NCBI GenBank assembly: GCA_973895155.1
Contig: OZ316891.1
Coordinates: 18,811,048-18,875,047 of the forward strand
Length of the DNA: 64,000 nucleotides
Reading direction: 5' to 3'
DNA from: Marsupella aquatica
Lineage: Eukaryota; Plantae; Marchantiophyta
Shown in pieces: positions 14,673-28,892 of the stretch (positions are counted from its first letter, which is position 1; each line of letters begins with the position of its first letter). The notes under the pieces are model-generated. The model was not told the origin of the DNA, did not search any database, and saw only the letters and a program-made list of their open reading frames with translations. A program made the translations under genes and the position numbers.

Positions 14673-17600
14673 ATGGCGAGGAATTGCAGGTTGCTGCTGC
14701 AGATTGCCCTATTGCTTGCAGTGCTCTTTGTGGGGCAGTATGGATCGGAAGCCAAAGCGCCCACAAAGAATGCTGTCACTGCAAGGAAGGAGGACGTCAA
14801 ATACATCAAATGTGGAGTTTGTGAGGAGATTGTCAAGCAGCTGCACCGACAAGTGAAGAAGAAGAAGGAGAAACTAGCTCCCAAGAAGGTACTGGTCACA
14901 CTGTCTGCAGAACAGAGGCCAAGATCTGACTTACTTGAGTAGTTTCAGCGATTGGACATCTGGCCCATCAGAATGTCTTCGCTCTTTTCTGTCAACATCT
15001 CGTCCCATTTTGTTTTCACTCTGGGAGTGCAAATATTACAATAAAAGGATTCCGTGAGGAGAGGATAACGTAAGAAACGAAGGAATATTTAAGAACGTTT
15101 TCCTTTCTACCCTAATTTGATTGATCTCTGAGGACCGTTTCGACTCTTCGAAAGCCCTTCTCAGCTGCCAAATGTGGCACTGTACTGAGAAATGCATGGG
15201 TTCCTACAATTTACTCGGCAGCATTATTGCTAGCCATTCGCCTGGTTGAAGGCGAGGTACAGTAGCGCTTCCAGGTCTTGCCGTCCAAGGAGTCAAGTCA
15301 CCAAGCGCTATGGATTACGAAACGATGAATGAGAGACTGGAGCTGAGACGAGCGGTATCCGCCCAAGCACCCACAACTGGAGGGAAGAAACTGTAGTCAG
15401 ACTTCTGTCATCTGAGTTGGAATGCTTTTTCATGTGAACACTGAATTTGCGAAGCTCCTTGCGGCCAGTCGTGTTCAAATGAATATTTGACAACTGTTTG
15501 CTTCCGACCTCAAAGAAAGAAGGAGATCCCGGAATGACCGTTACAAGTATGTCAAGATCTGAAAATGATGTTGACAATTGATCTCTGTTACCATTCTTAC
15601 GTTAAGCTCTTCTACGGGATTGAATAAAAGGATCATTTCCGTAGTTTCTGAAGTCGTAGCGCAAAGGCGTTGGCATACGCTTGCTTTGAAAATAAAGCGT
15701 CAGGGGGTTGTCAGAACCGTTCTAAAAACTCTTCTACGATGCGAATGTCGAGTCGTGGCTCAGTTCTTGTTACTGGTAGTTCCCAGAGCCCATGTCCAGT
15801 CACTCAGCTTCGGGAGTTTTGTCTTCTACCGTCAGGTTTCATTGAGCAGGCCGACCAAAATTTACACAATTTTTCGAAATCCGTCTGTATTGCATCAACT
15901 CTTAATGTCGTGCTTTTTTCAAGTGGAAATAGTATCAAATGTTTGTGCATCTAGTTCACTAAGAATTGGATCTCATTCCTCGTAGAACAAATCTATCCTA
16001 ATTGTGCCGGAGAGGACTCTAGTAGGAGACTTAGAAATTTCTGAGCTTCAGAACTTTGTCATTCCCAGAAAATTTACAATTTATTTTCTGAATAGCAATA
16101 GGCAGATACATCAGGGGCCCTCCAGGTTTTTCTGAATGTGTTTTCTATAATATAATTACTAGTCGGGCCGGTTGTCCTTCAATGATGGTGAATGTTACGA
16201 TCTTGAGTAGAGTTCTGAAGCACAGCTGGAGCAGGAGACTGATAGTGCCTTCGCTGATGTTTCATTTGTGCAGCTCACCGAGTTAGACATCATTGACCTC
16301 GCAGAAAATATCTGCAATATAAAGAAAGAAGAGGCGGATTGGCTGATGTACCTTGACATTGTCGAAGATGGACCAAGGCTTAAGGTAACGTGTATGTTTT
16401 GTTGGATCCTTGGACGGCTATCAATTCTTAGCATGTTCTTTGTCAGGCATTATACTTTCCCTGAGGGGTGAAACTCATTGTGCAGAGTCCGCGTTGTGGT
16501 TTAGTTGTCACATACAGAAAATTGGGGGATGTTGTGCGGAAAAGACGTTGGGATTGGAGTGCCGCGTTATAAAGTTCAATCATAATTAATTTGGTTGAAT
16601 ATTTTCGCAGTTGGTCGAGCACGATGAGGAAGGAGAATGCAATTCAGAGTGCAAGACAATTGAGCGTGCTTGTCAAGAGGTCAGCACCTTCGCAGTTAAC
16701 ATCAAATTATTCCATATTACACTTGCATGTATTATAGAATAGAATTGACACGACGAAGTCCGACCAAGTGCTGGCCGTTGACCTTGCTCGAATTCCAAGT
16801 AGGATCTGCCAGTTTTGGTGCCCGAGCAGTCATTGACTCTGCTGAAAGTATCTTACCAGAAGGCCGACTTAAGATGCTGCGCAAGTTCGAGCTGTACCTA
16901 TTCAAGTGATGCACACATGTGGGCGTCGCCTCTGACCTGGCGTAAAATATCTTGCAGGTGATGGGTGACCACGATACAGACGTAGCTGAGTTCTTATACA
17001 GAGGGGATGCACAGCGATCGGCTCTATCAAGGTTTCTTTGCAAAGATTTAAGTAAGGCTTGTGTTGGCAAGCCTCCAGCAGTTCCACAGGTGCGTCTGGT
17101 TCCCACCCTGGGGAAGACTGTTGTCAAAGAAGATTTTGTTGAAACAGTTCAACCTACAAAGGAAACTTTAGTTATTTTTCTCGAAGCCTGATCAGTCCCC
17201 AGTAATGGAAGTACAGTCAATGAAAGGATGGAAGAGAGAATCAAGGTAAAGTCCTGCCTAAGTGCACCAGTGGTAGGAAGAAATGATTGCCAAGTTTTAC
17301 CGTGTTGCCATGTCTTCTTTGATCCTTTTTATGTCGAGTTTGGTTATCAAAGGAAACCTGAAATAGCTCAGGTAAGATGGGCGATGGTCGTGGCTTTTTC
17401 CTAGGTTCTCGTCGTTATTGCAGTACTTTAATCATGGTAGACGTGAACGAAGTGAATTAAGGCGAAGTCGTAGATTTGCCAGTAAAAGTCCGTTTCAAAG
17501 ACTAGATTTTATTGGATTCGAGTTACAGTAGATTTCTATGGAATTAGCTGTTCTGTTGCACTTCGTTTTTGGTTCAATCCGCTTATCAAATGGTTTTGGT

Positions 17601-18521
17601 TTTCATGTGTGCAGGACCGGGTACCTGGAGAACCTTTTCTCCCAAAGCCGTCTAAAGATGCTGAAATGGCAAAACTTATGCGGTCAATGGGGGTAAGCAT
17701 ATACTGTAAACGCCATACCTAGACACGATGGGTGGACATGTACGGTAGTTTTCTTGACCACTACCAAAAGTAAACGGACGTCTCATAGTTAGTCATTTGT
17801 TGTGAAAACTTAAAGAGGATCTATGATTCTGAGTTGGACTGCCCATTCTCTCTTGATGGATTGTTTGTGCAGGACATGCCAGGAGCACCTGGAATGCAGA
17901 TGTTTTCTAGAGATCAACTTCAAAATGGGGGTTTGGGTATGGGAGATGCGGACGATGAGGATGATGACGACGATGATGATGAGGTATGAATTTGCTCCGA
18001 ATTTCAACTGGTGGATCTAGCGAGCCATACACTTCAGTTGGCTGGGTGGCTAGGACGCATAGGTGCTCAGCATCTGTGACTAGTTGTATATAAACTTTCT
18101 CTGGGGTTGCTTCTTAGAACTGCCTTTTCGGTCGCTCTGCTTCGTATCACCTGTGGTTGTGCAAATTTGAGCTAACAGTTGTAGCTGGTGCTAAGTGGGA
18201 AATTACTTTCTCTCACACTGTATATTTTGGGCTGAATGCCGAATCGTGTGGTGCCATGTAACGTATGCATTTTCCTCTTTGACCCAGGAGCAAGCCTCAG
18301 AGGCTCCTACTGGCACAGGATTGGTCGATCAAGCTCAGTTGGTGCTCGGGAAGCTGAAGTCTGCGGTGCAAAGTGCTGTGAACTCTGCAGGTCACCATGT
18401 CAGTAAGTTGTCTAGTCAGGCTAAGAAATGGTGGTATGGAACCAAGAGCTCCTCCAAAATAAAATCGTCCAAATCGGCTTCCAAAGCACGATCACAGAGG
18501 GCAACCAAATCGGAGCTGTGA
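14673..18521 (+). CDS. ER-lumen saposin B-like protein resembling Arabidopsis SES1 (At4g29520 family), 7 exons
   Basis: Approximate exons: 14673-14888, 16274-16385, 16611-16679, 16958-17089, 17615-17692, 17873-17983, 18288-18521. Signal peptide, ARKEDVKYIKCGVCE, NICNIKKEEADW, EGECNSECKTIERACQ, DTDVAEFLY, DRVPGEPF, MPGAPGM, an acidic run, and a C-terminal KSEL retention-like signal. Confidence 0.85.
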
Positions 18522-19009
18522 CTGGCCAAGCTAGTACGAATTTTAATTAGTTCAGTCATTGTTTGAGTAGCTGACCATGAGGCACCAATTTTCCATCGAT
18601 TGAGCATTTGTAGGTTGGTCGTCCGATCTTGTGCGTCAATTATTTTGTTAAAGAATGAATCCCAAAATGTTTCTTTGTCCAAGATCTTTTTGTCGTGGAA
18701 GGATTTGCGGTCTAGCTTTCGTAATGTGCTTCATCTACCTCTTGTCAGATACACACAAAGCAAGTGCTGAAAATAAACTGGTTTTCTAGGAATCAATCGA
18801 AGAAACAAAAATTTGAAGGAACCGAGCTTGGTGAGTTGTTCTAGACACTTCATTCCTGTCGGTCCATCTGTCCATCCGCAGGGAGGAACAACAGGCAACC
18901 GGGGAAATATGCAACACGCCCCCAGCTGCTGTAGTATGACCAGTCTCTTTAGTGGAAATGTGATGAACTTCCCACCCCCCTCCCGCAATAAAATTAAACA
19001 GAAATCCCC

Positions 19010-19830
19010 CTCCGTACATTGTATAAAGCATTACTATGAGCCAATGATGCTTTTTTGGTGATTGAACCAGAATTACATTTATAAAGCATTACATGGGCCA
19101 CTTTTGCTTTCTCGGTAAATCAGAGCTCCAACTCCCCACAATTTCCACGAACCATTACTTTTTCAATAAGACTGCCGAGAGATGGCACAACTCCCCACAA
19201 TTCCTACTTACCATTGGATTTCAATGGACTGTCGAGAGATGGCTCACAGGTATTGCTTTATGCAGGGCACAGCACTCATGAAACTGCGAGAATTGCACAG
19301 TACTCGTGAAACTGGGAGAATTGCACTCGATGCCTCCAGTAGAGTCTCAATATATGACAGGAATGCTCGATTCCCTCTGTACTTACTACGAGCCTCAGAT
19401 GCTTTTTCGGTGCCTGAATTACATTTATAAAGGATTACTTCACCGATGCTTTTTCAGTGACTGAATTACATTTATAAAGCATTACTATGAGCCACTCATG
19501 CTTTTTCGGTGACCATAAATCAATTTACAACTCGCTGCAAATCCTACTTACTGTTAGATTTGAATACTGTTGGGAGGGGCAGAGTCCCCCGCAACTCACC
19601 GTTAAATCTCAAATGATTGTCTAGAGGTGGCACAACTCCCCACAATTCCTAATTACTACTAGATTTCAATAGACTGTCTAGAGGTGGTTCGCAGGCAGTG
19701 CTTTATGGACGGCAAGGGTTCTCATGAACCTGGGAGAATTGCACAGTAGTCTCATGAAACTCGGAGAATTGCACTAGATGCCTCCCCTAGCGTCTCAAAA
19801 TTCACCAGGAGTGCTCGACGCCTCCCGTAG
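19010..19830. repeat. Degenerate ~450-bp tandem duplication with internal sub-repeats
   Basis: gaattacatttataaag(c/g)attac at ~19070, 19416 and 19463; ggcacaactccccacaattcct at ~19183 and 19629; ggagaattgcac motifs in both halves. Confidence 0.65.
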
Positions 19831-21861
19831 CATCCCCAAATTGAGCAGGAGTGCAGTATTCTAAAACACCGGACCTGGTTTTCTTGAATCTCGTGTGTGC
19901 AGCGTCAGGTCCCCGACAGAAAACGTTGGGAGCTTTGCAAATGGCTGATAGTGGGATCTGATCTTGCTCTGCTAAGTTCCCAGGCTCATGTCCGTGCCAC
20001 TGGGCTATTTGACCTCAGATGTGCATGTGATGTAGAAGACTTTTATTGCGATACATAGCCTACTAATTCAATGAATTCCAATACTTTGCCCACCAATTGA
20101 ACTCATGACTCTTCTTTAGCGCAATCAACCAAATCTCTTTTTATAGATTTCAAAAACAATCAATTAATTGAGAGTTATGAGGCAATAAAATAAGGTAATG
20201 TCGTTAGTCCCAAAACACATGGATTTTTTATTTTATTTTTTGGTGTGTTCGGTCTGCAATTTGCAGCGCCTAGAGAGCTTTAGTTTATTCTACCAAGCCA
20301 CAGCTACGCATACACAATTACAGCATCCAATTGGATCAATCGAAGTTAACAAATGAGAGCCAGGGCAGTCAGCTGGAAGAAGCCATTGGCCATTCAATTC
20401 TATAGATTCCTAGTTTGATGCCAATCTTATTTGGCAATATTGAATTTCAGATTAACATTTCAGATTTTGTCTTATTAAGATTTTTGTGTCATGTATTTTC
20501 ATTTCAATTTGCCTTATCAAGGGGCAGTCTTTGTATTCTATAAATTTTTAATTAATTTTTAGACCCCTTTAGTTTTAGGTACCCTAGAGTGTTTTGAACT
20601 TATTTTGGCAGCCCCCTTTCACATTATGTGTTTTCTTAGAGATGAAACCAAAGGCTCTACCACCACGAGTGAAAGAAATGATGCTGAAGAACATGAATAC
20701 ATAGCCTCTTAAGTTCTCCTCATGTTTTTCTTTCCTAGGTTTATGGTTTTTATTGAAAGGAGTGTCATTCATAAGGCACCCTGAGTTAAGTGCACACATC
20801 GTAGCATTGTTTGACTGTACTTTTTCTTGGTCACTGTGCTTTTCTTGGCAGACACTTTACTTATATAACAGCACTTCTATGCTCTCATATTTTATTTCCT
20901 TTCAGATCACTACAAGACAAAAAATAAAGCATGTTCCAGGATGAGTATGCTATACTATATGGCAACTGTTAACAAATGTATCCCTACATGGAAGCCAAGG
21001 TTTAGGAGTGTGGAGGCTACTGTAAGAATTCAAATCATACCAGCCGGTCATACCACTGCACTGACATTGAGATAATGACAATAGTTTCAATTGATTATAC
21101 CCGCAAGATTGATTCACTCACCTAAAGCACTTCCCACACTACAGGGTCTTGAGTGTAGGGGTGGTCAAAAAATTGAGACTGAAGGCTGCAGCTCCATAGT
21201 CTCTCACTGGGTTTGCAATTATATTACATCTCCATCCCAAACTTTGGGACACCCATGGGATCCAGCCTGCAAAGCTACTCTTTGTACCAAGGTTAATATT
21301 TTTGCTCTAAATCCATGTCATCCTCAAGAAGTACGTTTCTTTAGATCCCATGCAACTTAAAAATGCTATCTGTTCAAATGTTTTTGGGATGGAGATTGCA
21401 TCTAAGCTAATGTTTTTGTCTTGAAAGATTACACAAATTATATTAAGTGTAACAACATTGGGAGGGTAGCTCCTTGGGCAGCGCCCAGAGACTACCAGAA
21501 ATAGGTGGACATGATGGAAAAGGAAAGAGACCCTAGCCCCCAACAAATTGCATGGGAGCAAATCAAACAAGCCCTGTAACAGCATGTAATGACCAGGCAA
21601 CTCACCAGGGCAAACAGAGCACAAACACAACCAGAAATATATAATAGTGCAAAAGAACAAAAACGCCAAATGGGGAGACAGGGTCCCAAAGGCAAAGCAA
21701 CCCAATAAAAGGAGCAATGTAAAAGGAAAGTACTACAGTTTTTTCCCCGCCCCGAACACAATGCCATGGTCTTGTATTTGAATAGTGGCCATGAGGCATT
21801 GTATTTGAGTTTTGACTATATATGTATTTTCATTTTTTGTACTGCCTTGAAGGGCATTGTG

Positions 21862-22612
21862 TGTTGATCAAAGACGACATCCACAACAGCATACTCATAA
21901 CTATTCAACGATCAAGTAGTCAATATAGAGAGATACGTGGTTTACCTCCACATGAGGCTACGTCCACGGGAACACACAAGAACTTTACTGCACTCTAGGT
22001 CGACCAACCATACAAGCATCCACAACACAAGCTCTCCTTATCTCTCAATTGGCTCCGTAACAATGAACTGGAGTGTTAATGTTGGGTATTTACTCTTACG
22101 TCTAGGTTAGGTATGACGTGGTTGGTACAACAACGTGGGTTGGTACAACTACGTGGTTAGGTATAACTACGTGATTAGGTACAACTATGTGGTTAGGTAC
22201 AACTACGTGATTAGGTACAACTATGTGGTTAGGTACAACTAAGTTGCACACTATATCATAAGAGGCATGTGTGCTTGGAGAGGTAGAACCAAGGCTCATT
22301 GTTATGGAGCCACTTGAGAGATAGGGAGAGCTTACACTGTGGAGACTCGGTATAGCCGACGGGCTTAGAGTTCAGTAAAGCTCTCTTGTGTGTTCCCGTG
22401 GACGTAGCCTCAAGGAGGTGAACCACGTATCTCTTGTGTCGACTATTGTGCGTTGGATGGTTCATGGGCTTGCCGTTGCGATCGTCGTCTATGCTCAACA
22501 GTTAAGGAGTTATAGAGTGTGCACAACATGACTAACCTAACCTAGTCTGCGACTAAGGTTAGCCCTAACTGCGGTACAATTGTAACTATAGACCTTAGAG
22601 TTAATCCTAATA
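21862..22612 (-). mobile_element. Older solo LTR (host of the nested LTR)
   Basis: Flanked by a TTGTG duplication (21857-21861 and 22613-22617). Ends are TGTTGA...CCTAATA (decayed TG...CA). 21862-22070 is the reverse complement of the 3' half of the inner LTR. Confidence 0.7.
22080..22500 (+). mobile_element. Solo LTR (421 bp) containing an 18-bp minisatellite
   Basis: Ends TGTTGGGTAT...ATGCTCAACA with a perfect GTTAA duplication (22075-22079 and 22501-22505). About 7 copies of acgtggttaggtacaact lie at ~22104-22240. Confidence 0.85.
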
Positions 22613-24399
22613 TTGTGTTTGAATATTGGCTTTGTGTTTGAGTAATGACATTGTCATATGATTCATGACTTTTTACCGTTTGTGCTTGATGTAGAACAGT
22701 TTGGGATCAAAACTCAAACACATTCTACAACGTTGTGTTCAAGGTCAATGTGTCTGTTTTTTGTCAAGGGACCCAAAGGATTCCATTTTCAAACACAACA
22801 CCTGACCGGGAGCCGTGTTTGGGGGAAGACGGTAGGAGGCAATATTAGCCCACAAAAAACTCCAAGCATGGAGCAAAACAAGCCATTGAACCCTTGCAGG
22901 AACCCTAGTAGCAGGGAATGTTGCATTGAGTAAGATTTGACAAGTCATTGCTCACACTCCACTTTGAGAGCATCCTGCTTTATAGATGTAAAAGCCCAAA
23001 TGGACTGATATGTTGTCTGTGAAGCCTCCCTGGACAAGTCAAACATAGATGGACTAGGCTCAACATGGAAATATCCTAGGATCATGTTGTTTACACTTTT
23101 TGTCCAAAATATACCATGTGAGTGGACCAGATCATCACTTATGTCCAAAAGGTATTCTATGAGTGGCCAAATTCGTAATGATTGCAACTTCCAATTCATT
23201 CTCCCCCAAAAATGGGATGGTTACATTATCCCATTTTCAGGTTTCAATAAGAAAACAGATAAAATTTAAGGCATTTAAGGCTTTAAGGACCTTGTCTGAT
23301 CTTTATGGTAAATGAAACTTTGATAAGATTGAGCATTTCAGATTTTACTCATAGCTAGAGCCTTAAGTAGTTTGCTCAATGGTGGAAAAAAATGAACTCA
23401 ATTTCACAAAGGCATCGTAGTTTCTCTAAACATTACTTTGAGATTCTAGAGTATTATTTGATATTTTGCAAAGTGACTGCTTGACTCGCGGAAATAATAT
23501 AGCAAAATCCCATTTGTCAAAGAGAATACTTGCTCTTATTAGAAGGTCATAATTTTACAGTTGCGGAGCCAAACAGATTTTAATTAGTGGGAGTGTTGTT
23601 GCAAAATCCTGCCTTGTGAAGAGCAACAAGGAATGCTCAAGTACTTTGCTGCTACCAAAAATTTGATTTTGAAGAGCGATACTCTTATTACAAGAAGCGC
23701 TTTGAATAACTTGCCATTGCGGAACTGGAGATTTCAAATGTATATATAAAATCTGAATTTTAGTCAGTCTATCGAGGTTCACAATTGATTTTAAGGTGCA
23801 AACAATCTATTTGTTATAACAAAAATGCAGGTGAACAGCCATTGAGAACTTTCCGCCGCGCCCCTATAATTGCACATGAACAACCCATAGCCAGATACAC
23901 AGAAAGTGACACTCATTGATTGAGAGAACAAGCCTGAATGCCCATTCTTTGAGTGACAGTAGAGATGATGACAAAAGTAAGCATGAATGATCATCAGTTT
24001 GACATCCCATCCTCCTCTCTATCCACATACTTTTGGAGGGACCCTAGCAGCCGTTTTTTTGTGGGCAAACATTAGCCATTCATTTACCAAAAAACAGGTA
24101 GGATATTGATTTTCAGGCTGAAATTTAGTAAATTATGTTTCATTCACCATCACCTAATGCATTATGGGGGGATGTTACCCAGGAAATATTCTACAATAGT
24201 CAGAAAGTACTTATAACTGAAAGAAAAATACTCCATGACCAGACCTAATTTGATTGTCTGTGGGGTAAACTATTAGCCACTTTAGCCAACGTTTAAAAAC
24301 AAGAAAAAATATTTAAATACAAGAAAAAAATGATTGGATACTAGACTAAGTTAAGGTCTACAAGCTTCACTCTACAAACCTAGACCCAAGGTCACAATC

Positions 24400-24630
24400 T
24401 ACTCTAACCTGTGGCCACATGCCACCTGACACACCACAATATACCATACATCATGGTATAAAAAATCACTCTAACCTGTGGCCACATGCCACCTGCCCCA
24501 ACACAATATACCATACGCTGTCGCACTTTGATATGCAATTCCGGAGACCTTAGTACACCAGTTAGTACACCAGTTAGTACACCATATGCTGTCATATTTT
24601 GATATACAATTCCCGAGATGTTAGTACACC
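24400..24630. repeat. Short tandem duplications
   Basis: actctaacctgtggccacatgccacctg twice (~24401 and 24468); ttagtacacca three times at ~24550-24585. Confidence 0.75.
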
Positions 24631-25547
24631 GAATGCGGTCACAGAGTGATCAATCTCCCTATCATGTGCATGAGGATGGCGACAGACAAATTAGTAGTCG
24701 ATAGGGACAACGTGGCAGTACATCTTAGCTTCACCCCCTCGCCATAGCTACACTTCGGGAGTAAGATTTCGGCAGGGGAAAAAGGGGGGCAAAAAAGGCT
24801 GGCTACATCGCAAATCCTCATTTGATGACCTCACACGCCAGCGGAAGCCGAATGTCACCATTGAGCGAAAGCAGTCTGTCCTCTTACCTGCAATTACTGT
24901 AGCTAAGAGCTCTAGCTTATTAGTCTATTGGTTTCTACAAACTCTGACATTGAATACAATAAGGTGAGAAGTCAACTAGATGTCGATCTCATGGAGGGGG
25001 CGTTCATTTGGCTCGATCTCCACTCTCTCTCAGAACCTAGAAATCAATCAATCAATCAATCCTCTCAGGACCGATCGAAGTTGCGACCTCAGGATGGATC
25101 GAGCTCATTGCTCGAGCTCTCTCCTTTCCTTGCCCGGATCCGATTTTCACACGAATTGACCACATTTAGTCCACATTTCACAACGATATCGAAGATCATC
25201 GACAACAATTGTGAGTGTCGGAGGGATGACGGATTTCCTTTCCTGTTCCCCACGAAACTGATTAGACTGTCTGATCGAGCAGCTCTAGAACTGACAGTAT
25301 AGGTCTGACCACATTTTGTCCAAACCTCACAAGAATTGTCGGCGATGATCGACAACAGTTGTGGGTGTTGAATGAATGACGGATTCCCTCAGGTCATCCG
25401 CACGACATTGATTTCTGACTGAGGAGCTCTACTCAAGTTGCCCGTCATTTTTCAGTTGATTGATGTATATAAATTTGTGCACAATGAATCTGCCGCTTCT
25501 AAAGTCCTGGAGGTGTGTGGAATTCCAGCGTGTGACGGAGTCGTTGG

Positions 25548-28500
25548 TCAGCAGGGATAGTGGAAGCCCATGTAGGCTCCGGACTCATACTTATTCCATG
25601 CAGAGAATCCGCCGAAGCCGGCCATGAGGACCGCGCTCACGCCCATCACTGTTGCTACAGAGAAAACGATGAGCGAGGCCCGGTTGTACTTGTTGATTGC
25701 CCGTTGGACTAGCGTGACTCCCACGGAGGAGAAGAGAAAGCACAGCAACGCCACAGTGAGAGCGTACGCAACTGGGACACGCCCCATCAGCCAGAACTGC
25801 ACCACAGACATTGACGATGAGAAGAACACCATCGACGCACAAGTCCCTGCTGTCACCTGCAGTATGTTCACCGGTCCCACACAACAGCTCAGTTCTAGCT
25901 CAGTTTTATAATCTTGTGAGGATCAGAAGTACACCTCAATAGAATGAGACAGTTCAAGACGTGACCAATCCTTCTTTTCTAGAAGATAGACCATAGCCAG
26001 TGCACCCAGGGTCGACGTGCAAGTACGTGCAGCGTACGCAAGCGAGAGTGCTCCTCACTTTCTGGCTGCAGTTATTCAGACCGTGATATGCGTTTCCAAA
26101 ATGAGACGAGTGCCAGTCCATGCACCGGACTACGGTATCTCGGGAACTAACAAGAAATTCCAGTCATCCATCAGATTCACACCATGCTGAAAACAAAATG
26201 TCAGGCCTAAGTCTGCATTTGAGCTTTCCTCGCAGATCATGGGATATCCTTATATTCCAGCGCAGTATTAAAACACGTTTTGCAACTTCTTGAGGACTTT
26301 TCTTGTCTTTTTCCATCGGATATAGGATAAAAGTTCGCTTGTTTGTCCTCTCCTTTCACCTGCAGCTCGCTGTGGTTGCTCCAGGGCTCAAGAGGTTCAT
26401 TACTTTACACAGTCATGATGCAGAATCTGAGTGTTTCATGATATTGGTTATTATCTGAAAGTGTAAAGTAGGCTCACATCATTCTGCCCTGGCCAACTTT
26501 CCTTGACTGAATCGTGCCCAAAAATGCATGACCAGCCACGCTTCTGAAGAGACACTCCGGCAATGATGAAGACTACTGTAGCTTTTCGGACAATAGACGT
26601 CTCCTACGGATGAGGGTCCGGATTTAAACGTGACTTACTCCGTCAGTAAGTGTGTCCGAATGATTTGGTTCACAAAATTTTGAGACTCAAAAAAGTAGAG
26701 TTGAAGAGGTGCGTGCTACTTACTTGTGGCATCATTCCTACGGCGAGGAACATTGGATTGATAATCATCCCGCCGCCAATTCCCAACAACCCTCCTAATA
26801 GACCTGCTATCAATGCCATCGAGGCGAAGGAAGTGCAAGAATTGGGTTTCAAGACGAATTCATCCTCCTGTAATCATGGAATTCGGCCCAGGAAACTCCC
26901 GTCAAGCCAAACTCCAAACATACAGAATCTGAAATTTCTGCTCCGAAAACCCAACGGACAGAGTATCACTGATTTCCATACTATAAGCCTTGCACTATAC
27001 AAAAGCAATGCAGCAACTCGGATGCTCCTCTTCCAAATGGTATCGAAGTAAATATTTCTTCGCAAATGAATTCACCCATTCGATTACGGTCAAAGGAACT
27101 ATAATCATGATGATCGATCAGATGCCTGCTTTTCCTCGCCACTGACGGTCAATATTCCTGGTGACACAGTGGCATATCTCACCTTAACCGAACAATTCTT
27201 GAACCCATACTGACTCGGGAGACTTTGGCAATCATTACCTGTATAGATTCGGGATCCTCTTTGCTGGAATGAACTGCGTGAAAGCGAATGATAGTCCAGA
27301 CCGTCAACCCCAGAGCGAGAGGTATTTGAGTGAGAGTGAGAAGCCAGTATCCCCGTCCGCATACTGGAATGCCCAATATACTCTGTCAGAAGTGCCCCAA
27401 ACTCGGACGTTAGTAAGTTCTTCCAAATGAGGACGAGGACATCGAAAAATTAACTGTCAACCTTCACTTGTCCAAATTGATTTGCCTTGAAAGATTTCAT
27501 TGAATTCCATGCAAAGAAACAGAGGATACAACGGGGCGTCCCAGATGGGAGAGGCCCAGGGGACCAGAGGTCGAAAGCAGCCTGGCGAAGGCCGGAACCA
27601 GGGTATGAAATTGGTTTGGACTCGAAATGTAAATAGGGCGAGGCTGGGGTGTACGAAACAGATTGTTACAATTGTACGACATTTAACAATCTGAGCTAGA
27701 ATTCAAGTGAGAGCTGTGCTTAAAGACAATTTCATCTCAATCCAGCTGCAAAGATGAAGTTGACGGATTGAGCACGAGACAGTACAGCTGGATCGAGGAG
27801 ATCGGGTGTCTATCCAGGATTTACCTGATTATTTTTTCCTCCTCGAAGCACTTGGATCGCGAAAAAGGCCGCCCACGTGACAGCGAGGCCCAAGATTTTG
27901 TCAAAGGGCAAAAGCGGGTGAGTCCCGAATCCCTCCTCAACGGGAAGCAGTGGTTCCGACAATGCACGATTCTCGAACCCGGAGCAGCTGATGATACTCG
28001 TCTTCGGTTTCTCTTCATCTCCCTTATGATCTGCTGTGACCACGCCTGGATTCCGGGTCGGATTTTGAGACGCAATGTCGAATCCATGCGAGCAATCTTC
28101 ACTGGGGAGAGCTCGGACACCATCACCGTTTGTCCTACGCAGACGATTATGCTTGGTCTCCTTCGTCCACCGGCACAGGGCGCCCTTGTAAGAATGGATT
28201 GACATGTAGCTGAGTGTGAGAGTGAGTAAAACTGTGATCATCCAGTCCGGGAGAACAACATTGAGGATCACTCCCGTGCTTATTCCCAGCAACATGTTGG
28301 GTTGCAAGAGCATGACCACATCGAAGTCTACGAGAGGTTTGTGTGGGAGTGTGGGATGGTGTTGGTGAAGGTTTATGTACAAATTCGCCAGGGAACCGCC
28401 GAGGATCATGAAATTGGACAACACGGCAGACGTTTTCGCGTCGAACTCGAGCAGAAGGTTGAACAACGGCACAAACAGCCCTCCACCACCAATGCCCCCC

Positions 28501-28892
28501 GCACTCGAGAGCGCTGACCCGATTCCTCCAAAAATGAAAGCGGCGACTGCACGCCATCCGAACTTGAGCTCGGGCCACTCTTGATTTTCTTCAGCTAATT
28601 GGAAAACTCCATGATAGAATTTGTGACAGAGTTGAAGCCAACCTTGTCCTTGGTCGTGTACCAACGATTCCATTTCAGAGCTTGAGGTAGTCGAATCGTC
28701 ATTGAACACTTTGAAGACGTTTTCCGAATCCAGACTAGTACTGTAGGCTTTTAATTCAACATTCGATGCTAGACCATAAGGGCTCCCAAATGTGGGCGCG
28801 TGCTCTGCATCTGAAACCTGGAGGAGTAAGTTCGTTATAGTGAGGCAGAAACACAACACCAAACAGAACCGCATCCACGACGACCCATTCAT
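25548..28892 (-). CDS. Sulfite exporter TauE/SafE family membrane protein, 4 exons
   Basis: Exons 28892-27825, 27382-27239, 26867-26724, 25856-25548. Motifs: SSAGGIGGGGLFVP, FDAKTSAVLSNFMILGGS, LVDFDVVMLLQPNMLLG, AGLLGGLLGIGGGMIINP, PQVTAGT, YMGFHYPC. Confidence 0.92.

Noticed and set aside
22660-24100. Possible decayed DNA transposon (short inverted match at ~22840 and ~24060, ORF 22945-23199)
   Set aside because: No TSD or diagnostic transposase motif could be established.
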